Shown here: piece by piece, positions 11,590 through 24,224 of the stretch
Position numbering within the stretch: position 1 is the first letter of the stretch
Layout: each line of letters opens with the position of its first letter
NCBI RefSeq assembly: GCF_963921235.1
Contig: NC_086097.1
Coordinates: 162,132,001-162,196,000, forward strand
Length of the DNA: 64,000 bases
From: Mobula hypostoma
Lineage: Eukaryota
Direction: 5' to 3'
The notes under the pieces: generated by a model
The model's input: only the letters and a program-made list of their open reading frames with translations
What the model was told of the DNA's origin: nothing
Database searches by the model: none
Position numbers and translations under genes: made by a program

Positions 11590-12402
11590 GAAAAGGGGGA
11601 GGGGGGGAAAAACCCAGAGGATGGGCAAGGGGTATAGTCAGAGGGACAGAGGGAGAAAAAGGAGAGAGAGAGAAAGAATGTGTGTATATAAATAAATAAC
11701 GGATGGGGTACAAGGGGGAGGTGGGGCATTAGCGGGAGCTAGAGAAGTCAGTGTTCATGCCATCAGGTTGGAGGCTACCCAGACGGAATATAAGGTGTTG
11801 TTCCTCCAACCTGAGTGTGGCTTCAACTTTACAGTAGAGGAGGCCGTGGATAGACATATCAGAATGGAAATGGGATGTGGAACTAAAATGTGTGGCCCAC
11901 TGGGAGATCCTGCTTTCTCTGGCGGACAGAGCATAGGTGTTCAGCAAAACGATCTCCCAGTCTGCGTTGGGTCTGGCCAATATATAGAAGGCCACATCGG
12001 GAACACCGGACGCAGTATATCACTCCAGCCAACTCACAAGTGAAGTGTCGCCTCACCTGGAAGGTCTGTCTGGGGCCCTGAATGGTGGTAAGGGAGGAAG
12101 TGAGCAATAAAGAGATCCAGAGCAGGCAGAAGACCAGAGTGGGGTGTCCATGAAGAGGAGGAGGGTTGAAGACGGGAGAAGGGGTCATCGGTGGGGGTGG
12201 AAGAGTCCTGTAGCAATAAAGAGATCCAGAGCAGGCAGAATAGCAATCTCCTATCATTTTGGATCTCCCCCTCCCCCTCCCACTTTCAAATCTCTTACTA
12301 GCTCTTCCTTCAGTTAGTCCTGACGAAGCGTCTTGGCCCAAATCGTCGACTGCACCTCTTCCTAGAGATGCTGCGTTCACCAGCAACTTGGATGTGTGTT
12401 GC
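11590..12402. mobile_element. Penelope-like element with inverted arms (minus 11590-12102, plus ~12247-12402)
   Basis: Minus-strand GIY-YIG VIYCVRCSRCGLLYIGQTQRRLGDRFAEH. Plus-strand pseudo-LTR piece with degenerate hammerhead at ~12315-12352. Confidence 0.85.
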
Positions 12403-12462
12403 ATCTATCTAAATATCCCTGTTTTGAGGCAAACCACAAATGTTCACTGAACTTTGTTGAGG

Positions 12463-13025
12463 AACACACACAAAATGCTGGAGGAAGGAACTCAGCAGGC
12501 CACGCAGCATCTATGGGAAGAATCAACGATTCGAGCCAAAACTCTTGATTACGTCTGGAAAGGATGGGGAAAAAACTCAGTATTCGAAGCTGCAAGGAGG
12601 GGAAGGAGAACAATCTAGAAGGTGATAGGTGATGTCAGGTGAGTGGGAGAGAGGGGATTGAATTGAGAAGCTGGGAGGTGATAGGTGGAAAAGGTAAAAG
12701 GCTAACAAAGGTGGAATCTGATAGGAGAGGAAAGTGGACCATAGGAGAAAGGGAGAGAGGAGGAGCACCAGGGGTAGGTGATAGGCGGATGAGGAGAAGA
12801 TAAGAGGGAAACCAGAGTGGGGAACGGGGGATGGGGAAAAAATTACGAGGAAGATAGAGAGATCAATGGTCATGCCGTCAGGCTGGAGTCTACCCAGGTG
12901 GAATATGAGGTATTGCTCCTTCAACCTGAGTGGCTTCATATGGCAATAGAGGAGACCATGGACCAACGTGTTGAAATTGCAATGGGGATTGGATATAAAT
13001 GGTTGGCTACTGGAAAATCCTGCTT
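12463..13025 (-). mobile_element. Penelope-like element 3' fragment (older subfamily)
   Basis: ORF 12577..12966(-) VHGLLYC...EQYLIFHLGRLQPDGM. Confidence 0.8.
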
Positions 13026-13059
13026 ATTGACCATCTGCAGAATCTCTTCTGTTTAATGC

Positions 13060-16000
13060 ATAGTGGTTGTGTCTGCATTTTGTTTATAACCATTTCTTCA
13101 GGTGAATCCTGATGTGCAATAAATTATTCATTTTGATGTTATTGTCTCTCTGCCAGGCACTCCACCATGCATATATATTAAAGAAAGAATGCTAATGAAA
13201 GGAATTTAGTTTGTATTTCAGACTGCACAAGTGGTGGCTTATTATTTGGCCAACTAGCATTTTCTGTGTGTCATTGCTTCTGAAATGTTACTCATAGAAC
13301 AATCATGTTTGTGGATTTGAGTATGATATATTCACTTCTTCATAGCAGCAGTTAACAGTCATCCTGATCACCGGGGAGTTAGCTACTATGAATTAACAAA
13401 CCATGAAGTAGCAGGACAGCATATTGTTATGTAATGCACTATGGTTTGTGGTCAAAATTTGAACATGTATATGATTTCCAAATTCCTTATCGTGACATAC
13501 AGTATTGAAGCCAATGTATCACTCTATGTAATTCTATTGAAAACATAATAGGAAACATTAGCATGTGGAAGGCAAAAAAAATGCAGAAATAGGAAATTCA
13601 TTAGTTTAAATTAATTTCTTAATTAAATTAATCATTAATCAAAGTACTGTACTTCTAGGAGCAAAATCCAAACTGGCTTTGTTTAAATAATTGTTAAATT
13701 CCACTGTGCATGCATTGGCATAGTACAGTCAGTTATCTGACAAGTAAATGAGTTTCATAGACATTTAACTTCACGTCAGGGCATGCAAAGAACTGCTCCC
13801 AGTTTGCGTCATGTATATCCATCTGCAAACGATTTAGCAGTAGCTTCATATCAATAAAATATGATTTACCTGTTGCCCATAGCATATATTTTTGTTAAGG
13901 AAGCTAGTCATATCACAGGTATTAAGCATGAAATGATACGGTAGTAGCTTATTTCCATGATCTTGTACGTACTGAATTTGCATCTCATTCACTTTACCGT
14001 TCGTTTTTTTTCTCTTAAGTTGTAACTGCTGTAACAATTCCTGGGTATTAGTCTTGGAAAGTGGAAAGTCAGTAGAAAGCAAAAATAGTCAATGGGTTCT
14101 CAGTCTTCCATAAAAGGCCATCAAGAATAAAGTCTTAACATATTACCTCTGTGAAGGATGACAAAGAATATGTTTCAGTTCAGTCACTATTTAAGCCAGG
14201 TTATTCTGCAACTTATTGGAACTTAGAAAAGAATGTGTTCCAATTAGATAGGCTGATTTCAAAAAAGGGTGCTAATTTTAAAAATTTTGGTTAATTTGTT
14301 ATCCCCTTCACTTAGATTTGATTCTCAGTGGATTACTGAAAGAGAAGCTTGAAACTGTTTCATTGATGTCTCTGGTATTAAAATACCAGCAAGTATGTTA
14401 AACCATTCAAATCCCACAGTTAATTTTCTTTCACAATTGATTTTGACTTTGTTCTATCAAAAGTATTGAATGCCCTAAAAATGTTTAAAAAAGCAAAAAT
14501 TTTGGAACAGCAAGGGGAAAGCTTTCACTTGCTTACAAAAACACTATTACTAATGGTATGAAATGGACATTTGATGAGAGGTCTGATCATCTAGCAAACA
14601 CTCCAGTTTTTATTGAAAGTTAGTTTTCACTTTCTCAGAGTTTGAGTTGTAATGATTCTTCAGTTTCAAAATTGTGTGAGAGTAAATGCTGGTCTCCAAT
14701 TTCCTTTTCTCCATGCTCCACCCTTCTGAAGAAATGCCTCCTGTACTACCTCTTACCTTACTGAAATCATTAAATACCTCTTCTGATGCATCTTCACTAC
14801 ATACTTGCTGATATTGTTATATCAAGTAAACATATGAGAGGACATTGTTTCTTCTGTCGATCCAAAGCATCCTAGCTGTGACGCAAAATGTTGCACACCA
14901 AGCTTCTGTTTGTTACTATTTTGTCTGTGAGTACTTTTTGAAAACTTGCATTCTCTCCAAAGTTAAATTTTGTTTTACAAATGACTTGTACTAATTCAAA
15001 ATTGTGATTTCTCTGTAATCTAGATAAAGAGCTAATTAAATTAAAAAGTTTGGAAAGATTTTTACAAGGAGCAGAAAAGCTGGCAGAGGCCAGTGGGCAT
15101 CTTGGCTCGTTTCTGTGCTGTAGGCTCCTTATAATTAGTAGAATTTTGCAATTGCTTTCACATTGACAGAGGGAAAAATATTAAGCACAAACACTTTGAA
15201 AACCCAGTTACTTAGGAATTCCTTGTATTTTACAGTGTAAAAGTGCATTAATATTCCTTACAGTAGCTCATCTTCCTTGAAACTGAAAACTTGCATACCT
15301 TTAAATCATTTTTTTGCTTAAATGACTCATTCTGCCAGGACTCATGCTACCACATCCTGTTTCATCATAATGGATTTGGTAGTTAATAAGACATGTTACT
15401 ATCTTTCTACTGCTTCCCAGGTTTTCTTTGCCCTCAGCATTAATTGTGCAGCGGTACAAAAGGCTTTCTCACAAATATGTTTCAAGTGAGAGAATTAATT
15501 CCCTAATTATATGTATTCCAAAGCAGTTTAATTCAGACCATTGTTTACCCACATTAGTTTGCAGCTTTAGAGAAAAATTGTGACTCATTTTCAGAAATGC
15601 TAACGATAAAGTGGAAACGTAAATTTAAACAGCTTTTTGATAACTCTGAAGTACAGCTCACCAACTATCAGTAAGTATATTTTATTGCCTTTTGTTCTAA
15701 CATTCTAAAGTCTTTAATGTGATTTACTGTGCTTGTGGCATTATGTTTCAGAATTAATGACAGTGTTCTTTTATTTTGGGACACCGAGTAAACAAATGCA
15801 TGTTTCAAATGGGTGTGTTCAGCGCCATTTCTAAGTTGCGAGAAATATTTTACTGTTCAGCTTCATAAAGATTATATATTTCTTATTGGAGCAGTGCTAA
15901 TGATTCAGGTTTAGGCATGTAATTACGGTGATCCAGCAACTACATCAGCCATTTCAGTGACCACATTATCATATTTATTGTGCTCTCTCAATCTATGTTG

Positions 16001-16270
16001 TTCAGGAGAAGGGTATTTCAGAGAGGAAAAAGTCACAAAGTAATGATACATTGTACTGAAATTAGAAACTGTGTTGAACTTTATAATTTCAATACTATAT
16101 GAATTTGATGTTGTGTAATGACAGGTTTACATGGAGGAAATAAAGGAGAGCTATTGCTCAGTATAAGGGTCATCTGTGTAAATATTTGGGTATACTGTAC
16201 AGGAGAGTTGTGAGGACAAACTTATTTACTTAGAATAGGACCTGAAATACTCACCTTTCAAATGCAGTGA
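13060..16270 (+). promoter_or_regulatory. TE-free intronic island, candidate FRNK promoter/enhancer and non-coding leader exon
   Basis: About 3.2 kb with no recognisable repeat. Perfect CArG CCATAAAAGG 14108-14117, MEF2-type CTAATTTTAA 14272-14281, AP-1 TGACTCA 15323 and 15581, ETS ACATCCTGT 15352, FOX TTGTTTAC 15541, donor CA|GTAAGT at 15671. Confidence 0.45.
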
Positions 16271-16277
16271 GACCTCA

Positions 16278-16535
16278 CAATAGTGTATGGTTAGCACAAC
16301 GTCATTACAGCTCCAAGCATCTGAGTTTGGTGTTCATTTCCAGTGCTGTCTGGAAGAAGTTTGTACATCTTTCCTGTGAATGTGTGGGTTTCCTACTGGT
16401 CAGTAGGTTAATTGGTCATTGTAAATTATCCTGTGATTAGGCTAGGGTTAAATACGTGGGTTGCTGGGTGGTATAGTTCTTTGGGTCAGAAAGGCCTGTT
16501 TCACACTGTATCTCCAAATAAAAATAAAAACAAAA
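16278..16535 (+). mobile_element. Decayed tRNA-derived SINE
   Basis: tRNA-like head, gtgtgggtttcc core, CR1-like 3' tail gggtcagaaggcctgtttcac, A-rich end. Confidence 0.6.
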
Positions 16536-17304
16536 AGAATCAGTTAGTACCTGAGAGGGAAATATCCACGGGGAGAAGAGCAGGACAATGGAATTGATGG
16601 GGGTGCTTTAATTGATGGACTAAATGGGTTAAAAAAGACTATTGCCAGTTGCATGTACAGCAATTGCATGAAAGTGAAGGGAAGAGATTTGCTCAAAATG
16701 AGTGTCAGGCAATATTTTCACCAAGGTTGGGTTCTCAAACTGAGAACATCTGGACATAGTTTTTTGATGAACAAATATAATTTATTTGCTATTAGTGTTC
16801 ACTTCTGTGCTAGCATCATTCACAATTCCAGCTGTGGAAAACTTACTGGCACCCATTTGGGCCTTTTGTAATGCTTCTGAATTACAAATTATAGTCACTT
16901 TCTTGATGGATTTGGTATCTTTGTTTTGAACCATGATACACAATTGAAATATTATTATTTTACTGGAAATCATCGAATATTTTTGTGAAATTATTTTCAA
17001 AATGAAAAAGGAAACAAATATAAATAAAAACAAATTTCACTAATGCTTTCCTCACTTCAGAATAATTAGACTAAAAGAAAATGGCAATGATGACCATGTG
17101 AATCTAACATAAAAGTAGATGAAAATTTGAAATAAGATGTAAATGGTCACCTGTTGTTGATCTAAAATAGTTTTTCTGCAATTGCTGCCTGGCCTATTAA
17201 CTTTTTCCAAGGTTTTTTATTTTAATTTGGTTAACTTGTTTGCCTACAAAGACTTGAACCTGCTCTACTATTGAACAACATTATGACTGATCTTGTGCCT
17301 CAGT

Positions 17305-19603
17305 ATACCTTGCACATGATTTGGTATTGGGAAATGAACCTGGTCAGGTGTCAAATCTCTCAGTGGGAGAGCATTTTGGGGATAGTGATCATAATTCTAT
17401 CTCCTTTACAATAGCATTGGAGAGAGATAGGAACAGACAAGTTAGAAAAGCATTTAATTGGAATAAGAGGAATTATGAGCCTATCAGGCAGGAACTTGGA
17501 AGCTTAAATTGGGAACAGATGTTCTCAGGGAAAGGTGCAGAAGGAATGTGGCAAATGTTCAGGGGATATTCGTGTGGAGTTCTACATAGGTACATTCCAA
17601 TGAGACAGGGAAGTTATGGTTGGGTACAGGAACCGTGGTGTACAAAGACTGTAGTAAATCTAGTCAAGAAGAAAAGAAAAGCTTACGAAAGGTTCAGAGA
17701 GCTAGGTAATGTTAGAGATCTAGAAGATTATAAGGCTAACAGGATTAGGAAGGAAATTAAGAGAGCCAGAAGGGGCCATGAGAAGGCCTTGGCGGGCAGG
17801 ATTAAGAAAAACCCCAGGGCATTCCACAAGAACATGAAGAGCAAGAGGGTAAGACATGAAAGAATAAGACCTATCATGTGTGAAAATGGGAAGTGTGTAT
17901 GGAACCGGAAGAAATAGCAGAGGTACCTAATGAATACTTTACTTCAGTACTCACTATGGAAAAAGATGTTGGTGACTGTAGTAATGATTTGCAGCAGACT
18001 GAAAAGCTTGAGCATGTAGATATTAAGAAAGAGGATCTGCTGGAGCTTTTGGAAAGCATCAAGTCAGATAAGTCGCCGGTACCAGAAGAGATGTACCACA
18101 GGCTACTGTGGGAGGTGAGGCAGAAGATTGCTGAGCCTCTGCAGATGATCTTCATATCATCAATGGGGATGGGAGAGGTTCCGAAGGATTGGAGGGTTGC
18201 AGGTGCTGTTCCCTTATTCAAGAAAGGGAGTAGAGATAGCCCAAGAAATTATAGACCAGTGAGTCTTACTTCTGTGGTTGGTAAGTTGATGGGGAAGATG
18301 CCAAGAGGCAGGATTTATGAACATTTGGAGAGGCATAATATGATTAGGAATAGTCAGCATGGCTTTGTCAAGGGCAGGTCATGCCTTACAAGCCTGACTG
18401 AATTTTTTGAGGATGTGACTAAACACATTAATGAAGGAAGAGCAGTAGATGTAGTGTATATGGATTTCAGCAAGGCATTTGATAAGTTACTCCATGTAAG
18501 ACTTATTGAGAAAGTAAGGAGGCATAGGCTCCAAGGGGACATTGCTTTGTGGATCCAGAACTGGCTTGTCCGCAGAAGGCAAAGAGTGATTATAGACGGG
18601 TCGTATTCTGCATGGAGGTTGGTGACCAGTGGTATGCCTCAGGGATCTGTTCTTGGACCCTTACTCTTCGTGATTTTTATAAGTGATCTGGATAAGGAAG
18701 TGGAGGGATGGGTTAGTAAGTTTGCTGATGACACAAAGGTTGGGGGTGTTGTGGATAGTGTGGAGGGAAGTCAGAGATTACAGCAGGACATTGATAGGAT
18801 GCAAAACTGGGCTGAGAAGTGGCAGATGGAGTTCAACCCAAATAAGTGTGAAGTGGTTCATTTTGGTATGTCAAATATGATGGCAGAATGTAGTATTAAT
18901 GGTAAGACTCTTGGTAGTGTGGAGGATCAGAGGGGTCTTGGGGTCCGAGTCCATAGGACGCTCAAAGCAGCTACGCAGGTTGACTCTGGTTAAGAAGACA
19001 TATGGTGTATTGGCCAACATCAATCATGGAATTGAATTCAGGAGCCGAGAGGTAATGTTGCAGCTATATAGGATCCCACTTGGAGTACTGTGCTCAGTTC
19101 TGATCGCTTCACTATAGGAAGGATGTGGAAACCATAGAAAGGGTGCAGAAGAGATTTACAAGGATGTTGCCTGGATTGGGGAGGATGCCTTAAGAAAACA
19201 GGTTGAGTGAATTCGGCCTTTTCTCCTTGGAGCAACGAAAGATGAGGGGTGACCTGATAGAGGTGCATAAGATGATGAGAGGCATTGATCCTGTGGATAG
19301 TCAGAGGCTCTTTTCCAGGGCTGACATGGCTGCCACAAGAGGGCACCAGTTTAAGGTGCTGGGGAGTAGGTACAGAGGAGATGTAACGGTTAAGTTTTTT
19401 ACACAGAGAGTGGTGAGTGCGTGGAATGGGCTGCCAGCAGCGGTGGTGGATAGGGTCTTTTAAGAGACTTTGGATAGGTACATGGAGCTCGGAAAAATAG
19501 AGGGCTATGGGTAACCCTAGAAATTTCTAAGGTAGGGACATGTTCGGCACAACTTTGTGGGCCGAAGGGCCTGTATTGTGCCGTAGGTTTTCTATGTTTC
19601 TAT
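17305..19603 (+). mobile_element. CR1 LINE (end of endonuclease, RT, 3' UTR), frameshifted
   Basis: ORFs 17321 (GDSDHN), 17893 (NYRPVSLTS, QHGF, PQGSVLGP, FADD) and 19203. tttctatg tail. Confidence 0.95.
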
Positions 19604-20254
19604 CATTTTCTTGCATTTTCCCTTATCTCTTCAATCCTCTAATATGCAAAAACCTATCAAACTCGGTTTGGAATGCAGTGAATGATTGAGCCTCCATTGC
19701 TCTCCAAAATAGTAAATTCTAAAGCAAAAATACATGGACTTTGTAACTCTAAAATAAAAAAAAAACATGTTTGCAATACTGAGCAGGTCACACAACACTG
19801 GAAGAGGGAAAAAAAGAGTTACTGCTTCAGTTTGATATCCCAACAGAACATAAGGAATCATCCATAAAAAAGTTTCCCATTTGTTGACCCCAGCAGTTTC
19901 TGTTTGTTTTATAACAGAGAACTTCAAAGATCTATTATCTCCTGAATGAAAACAAATCCTCCCGTTTTCCTATTTTACTCCTGAATGGCTTGTGACTCCC
20001 TACACTTCGGTTCTCCTCTGCCAGGAAAATATTCTCCATGCACCTGAACAGTCAAGTCTTCTAAGACCTGCAATAAACTGTAAAGAATAGGCCCGCCATT
20101 GCTAGGAACCAGACTGGTAAATTTTTTTTATATTCCTTTAAGAAGGGAGGGAGGCAAAAGACAGGAAATTATAGTCCAGTTAGCCCAACTTCAGTGGTTG
20201 GGAAGATGTTGGAGTCCATTATTAAGGGAAGAGGTTTTTGGGGTACTTGGGAGT

Positions 20255-23200
20255 AAACCATAGAAACCACAGCACAGAAACAGGCCTTTTGGCCCTTCTT
20301 GGCTGTGCTGAACCATTTTCTGCCTAGTCCCACTGACCTGCACACGGACCATATCCCTCCATACACCTCCCATCCATGTAGATTAGATGTCCAATTTATT
20401 CTTAAATGTTAAAAAAGAACCCGCATTTACCACCTCATCTGGCAGCTCATTCCATACTCCCACCACTCTCTGTGTGAAGAAGCCCCCCTAATGTTCCCTT
20501 TAAACTTTTCCCCCCTCACCCTTAACCCATGTCCTCTGGTTTTTTTTTTCTCCCCTTGCCTCAGTGGAAAAAGCCTGCTTGCATTCACTCTATCTATACC
20601 CATCATAATTTTATATACCTCTATCAAATCTCCCCTCACTCTTCTACGCTCCAGGGAATAAAGTCCTAACCTATTCAACCTTTCTCTGTAACTGAGTTTC
20701 TCAAGTCCCGGCAACATCCTTGTAAACCTTCTCCGCACTCTTTCAACCTTATTTATATCCTTCCTGTAATTTGGTGACCAAAACTGAACACAATACTCCA
20801 GATTCGGCCTCACCAATGCCTTATACAACCTCATCATAACATTCCAGCTCTTATACGCAATACTTTGATTAATAAAGGCCAATGTCTAATCCAATTTACC
20901 ACCTCTCCATGTATACCTTGTGACTGAATTTTCCTAACTAACCTCACAAGCAGGACCTTGTCAAAGACCTTACTGAAGTCCATGTAGACAATATCCTTTG
21001 CCTTCCCTTCATCCACTTTCCTGGTAACCTCCTCGAAAAACTCCAATAGATTGGTCAAACATGACCTACCACGCACAAAGCCATGTTGACTCTCCCTAAT
21101 AAGTCCCTGTCTATCCAAATGCTTGTAGATTCTGTCTCTTAGTACTCCCTCCAATAACTTACCTACTACCGACGTTAAATTTACCGGCCTATAATTTCCC
21201 GGATTACTTTTCGATCCTTTTTTAAACAACGGAACAACATGAGCCACTCTCCAATCCTCCGGCACCTCACCTGTAGACAGCAACATTTTAAATATATCTG
21301 CCAGGGCCCCTGCAATTTCAACACTAGTCTCCTTCGAGGTCCGAGGGAACACCCTGTCAGATCCCGGGGATTTATCCACTTTAATTTTCCTCAAGACAGC
21401 AAGGACCTCCTCCTTTTCGATCTGTACAGTTTCCATGATCTCACTACTTGTTTCCCTTAATTCCATAGACGTCATGCCAGTTTCCTCAGTAAATACAGAC
21501 GCAAAAAACCTATTTAAGATCTCCCCCATTTCCTTTGGTTGCGCACATAGCTGACCACTCTGGTCTTCAAGAGGACCAATTTTATCCCTTACAATCCTTT
21601 TGCTCTTAATATACCTGTAAAAGCTCTTTGGATTATCCTTCACTTTGACTGCCAAGGCAACCTCATGTCTTCTTTTAGCCCTCCTGATTTCTTTCTTAAG
21701 TAGTTTCTTGCACTTCTTATACTCCTCAAGCACCTTATTTACTCCCTGCTTCCTATACATGTCATACAACTCCCTCTTCTTCTTTATCAGAGTTGCAATA
21801 TCCCTTGAGAACCAAGGTTCCTTATTCCTATTCACTTTGCCTTTAATCCTGACAGGAACATACAAATTCTGCACTCTCAAAATTTCTCCTTTGAAGGTTT
21901 CCCACCTACCGATCACATCCTTCCCAGAGAACAACCTGTCCCAATCCACGCTTTTTAGATCCTTTCTCATTTCTTCAAATTTGGCCTTCTTCCAGTTCAG
22001 AACCTCAACCCTAGGACCAGATCTATCCTTGTCCATAATCAAGTTGAAACTAATGGTGTTATGATCACTGGAACCAAAGTGCTCCCCTACACAGACTTCT
22101 GTCACTTGTCCTAACTCGTTTCCTAACAGGAGATCCAATATTGCATCCCCTCTAGTTGGTCCCTCTATATATTGATTTAGAAAACTTTCCTGAACACATT
22201 TTACAAACTCTAAACCATCTAGACCCCTAACAGTATGGGAGTCCCAATCAATATATGGAAAATTAAAATCCCCTACCACCACAACTTTATGTTTCCTGCA
22301 GTTGCCTGCTATTCCAATTCTCGTTGACTATTGGGTGGTCTGTAATACAATCCCACTAATGTCGCCATACCTTTCCTGTTTCTCAGCTCCACCCATAAGG
22401 ACTCAGTAGACAAGCCCTCTAATCTGTCCTGCCTGAGCACTGCTGTAATATTTTCCCTAACAAGCAATGCTACTCCCCCACCTTTCATTCCTCTGCCTCG
22501 ATCACATCTGAAACATCGGAACCCTGGAATATTAAGCTGCCAGTCCTGCCCTTCCTGTAGCCAATTTTCACTAATTGCTATAACGTCATAATTCCACGTG
22601 TCAATCCACGCCCTCAACTCATCCACCTTCCCTGCAATACTCCTAGCATTGAAATATATACACCTCAGAAGATTTTTACCACCACTCACAACCTTTCTAT
22701 TAGTGAATTTGCTTGAACTTTTAACATCATTTATTTTCACCCCAGCCACATTGTCAGCTCTGACACTCTGGTTCCCATCCCCCTGCAAATCTAGTTTAAA
22801 ACCTCCTCAATAGCATTAAGAAACCTCCCTGAAAGGATATTGGTCCCCCTGTTGTTCAAGTGTAACCCGCCTCTCTTGTACAGGTCCCACCTGCCCCAGA
22901 AGAGGTCCCAATTATCCTGAAATCTGAAACCCTGCGCCCTACACCAGTTCCTCAGCCACTTGTTCATCCTCCAGAGCATCCTATTCCTACCCTCACTGGC
23001 ATGTAGCACAGGAAGCAATCCTGAGATTACCACCCTCGAGGTCCTGCTTTTCAACTTCCTACCAAGCTCTCTATACTCACTCTCCAGGACCTCCTCACTC
23101 TTCCTTGCTATGTCATTGGTACCGATGTGCACCACGACATCTGGCTGGTCACCCTCCCACTTCAGAATGTCATGCAAGCGATCAGAGGCATCCTTGACCC

Positions 23201-23324
23201 TGGCACCCGGGAGGCAACAAACCATCCTGGATTCTCTGTCACGACCACAGAACCTCCTATCTGCACCTCTAACTATTGAGTCCCCTATCACTACTGCTCT
23301 CCTCTTTTCCCCCCTCCCTTCTGA
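20255..23324 (-). mobile_element. CR1 LINE with ORF1 SGNH-esterase domain, APE endonuclease and internally deleted RT
   Basis: ORF 22791(-) IGDSIVRG...VHIGTND...GLHLN (SGNH). ORF 22309(-) YFNARS...GGGVALLV (APE). ORF 20834(-) VGDFN...SDHN...NYRPV...QHGF. ORF 20427(-) is the RT C-terminus. Confidence 0.95.
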
Positions 23325-23576
23325 CCTCCTATTTTATCTTCCCATGCTGAGCATCAATTGTCACTCAAATAAATCCTCCTTCCTTTGTCTGTGTAAGAAA
23401 TACACTAGCATGCCATGTCCTTGAAGGAAGTATAAACAACCTGTGAGCAGTCTTCATCTCTCTCTCTCTTTTAAAAACAAGTTGTTAGTGTTAAATAACT
23501 CTCTCTCTCTCTTTTCAAAAGCACAGTTAATATGGGTAAACGAGCACAGTTCATAGGGGTAATTCAGGACCCCATC

Positions 23577-24020
23577 ACAAATGGAATTGATGACTTTGTA
23601 GCCATGTTTGCAGATGATATGAAGATAGGTGGAGGTGCAGGTAGTGTTGAGGAAACAGGGAGTCTGCAGAGGGATTTAGACAAATTGGAAGAATGGGCAA
23701 AGAAATGGCAGGTGGGAATACAGTTTAGGGAAGTGCCTGCTCATGCACTTTGGTGTAAGGAATGAAGGCATAGACTACTGTTTTCTAAATGGGAAACAAA
23801 TTCAGAAATTACATGTGCAAAGGTACTTGGGAGTCCTCATGCAGGATTCCCTAAATGTGAGCTTGCAGGTTGAGTTGGTGGTACATAAGTGCACTGTTAG
23901 AATTCATTTTGAGAGGACTAGAATATAAAAGCAAGGGTGTAATGCTGAGGCTTTATAAGACATTGGTCAGACTGCACTTGTAATATTGTAAGCAATTTTA
24001 GGCCCCTTATCTATGGGAAA
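23577..24020 (+). mobile_element. Decayed CR1 RT fragment
   Basis: FADDMKIGG...LQRDLDKLEEWAKKWQ. Confidence 0.75.
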
Positions 24021-24224
24021 AAATAGTGCTGGTGATTATCGGCAACGTTTTGTGGGCTGCAGACAGTTGTTTGAAATGGTCTTTTAAATATGCCCATATT
24101 GAATTACTGTCACTGAAATCAGCAGCAAGTAATATCCCCCTAAGCAATATACTTTTAAATCAACCTAATGATCTTCAGATCTCAAGATCATCTGAAGGAC
24201 TATTGGACTAGGTAGGCACAACAC

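Noticed and set aside
13846..17033. Short ORFs in AT-rich intronic DNA
   Set aside because: Low-complexity translations with no recognisable domains, as expected by chance.
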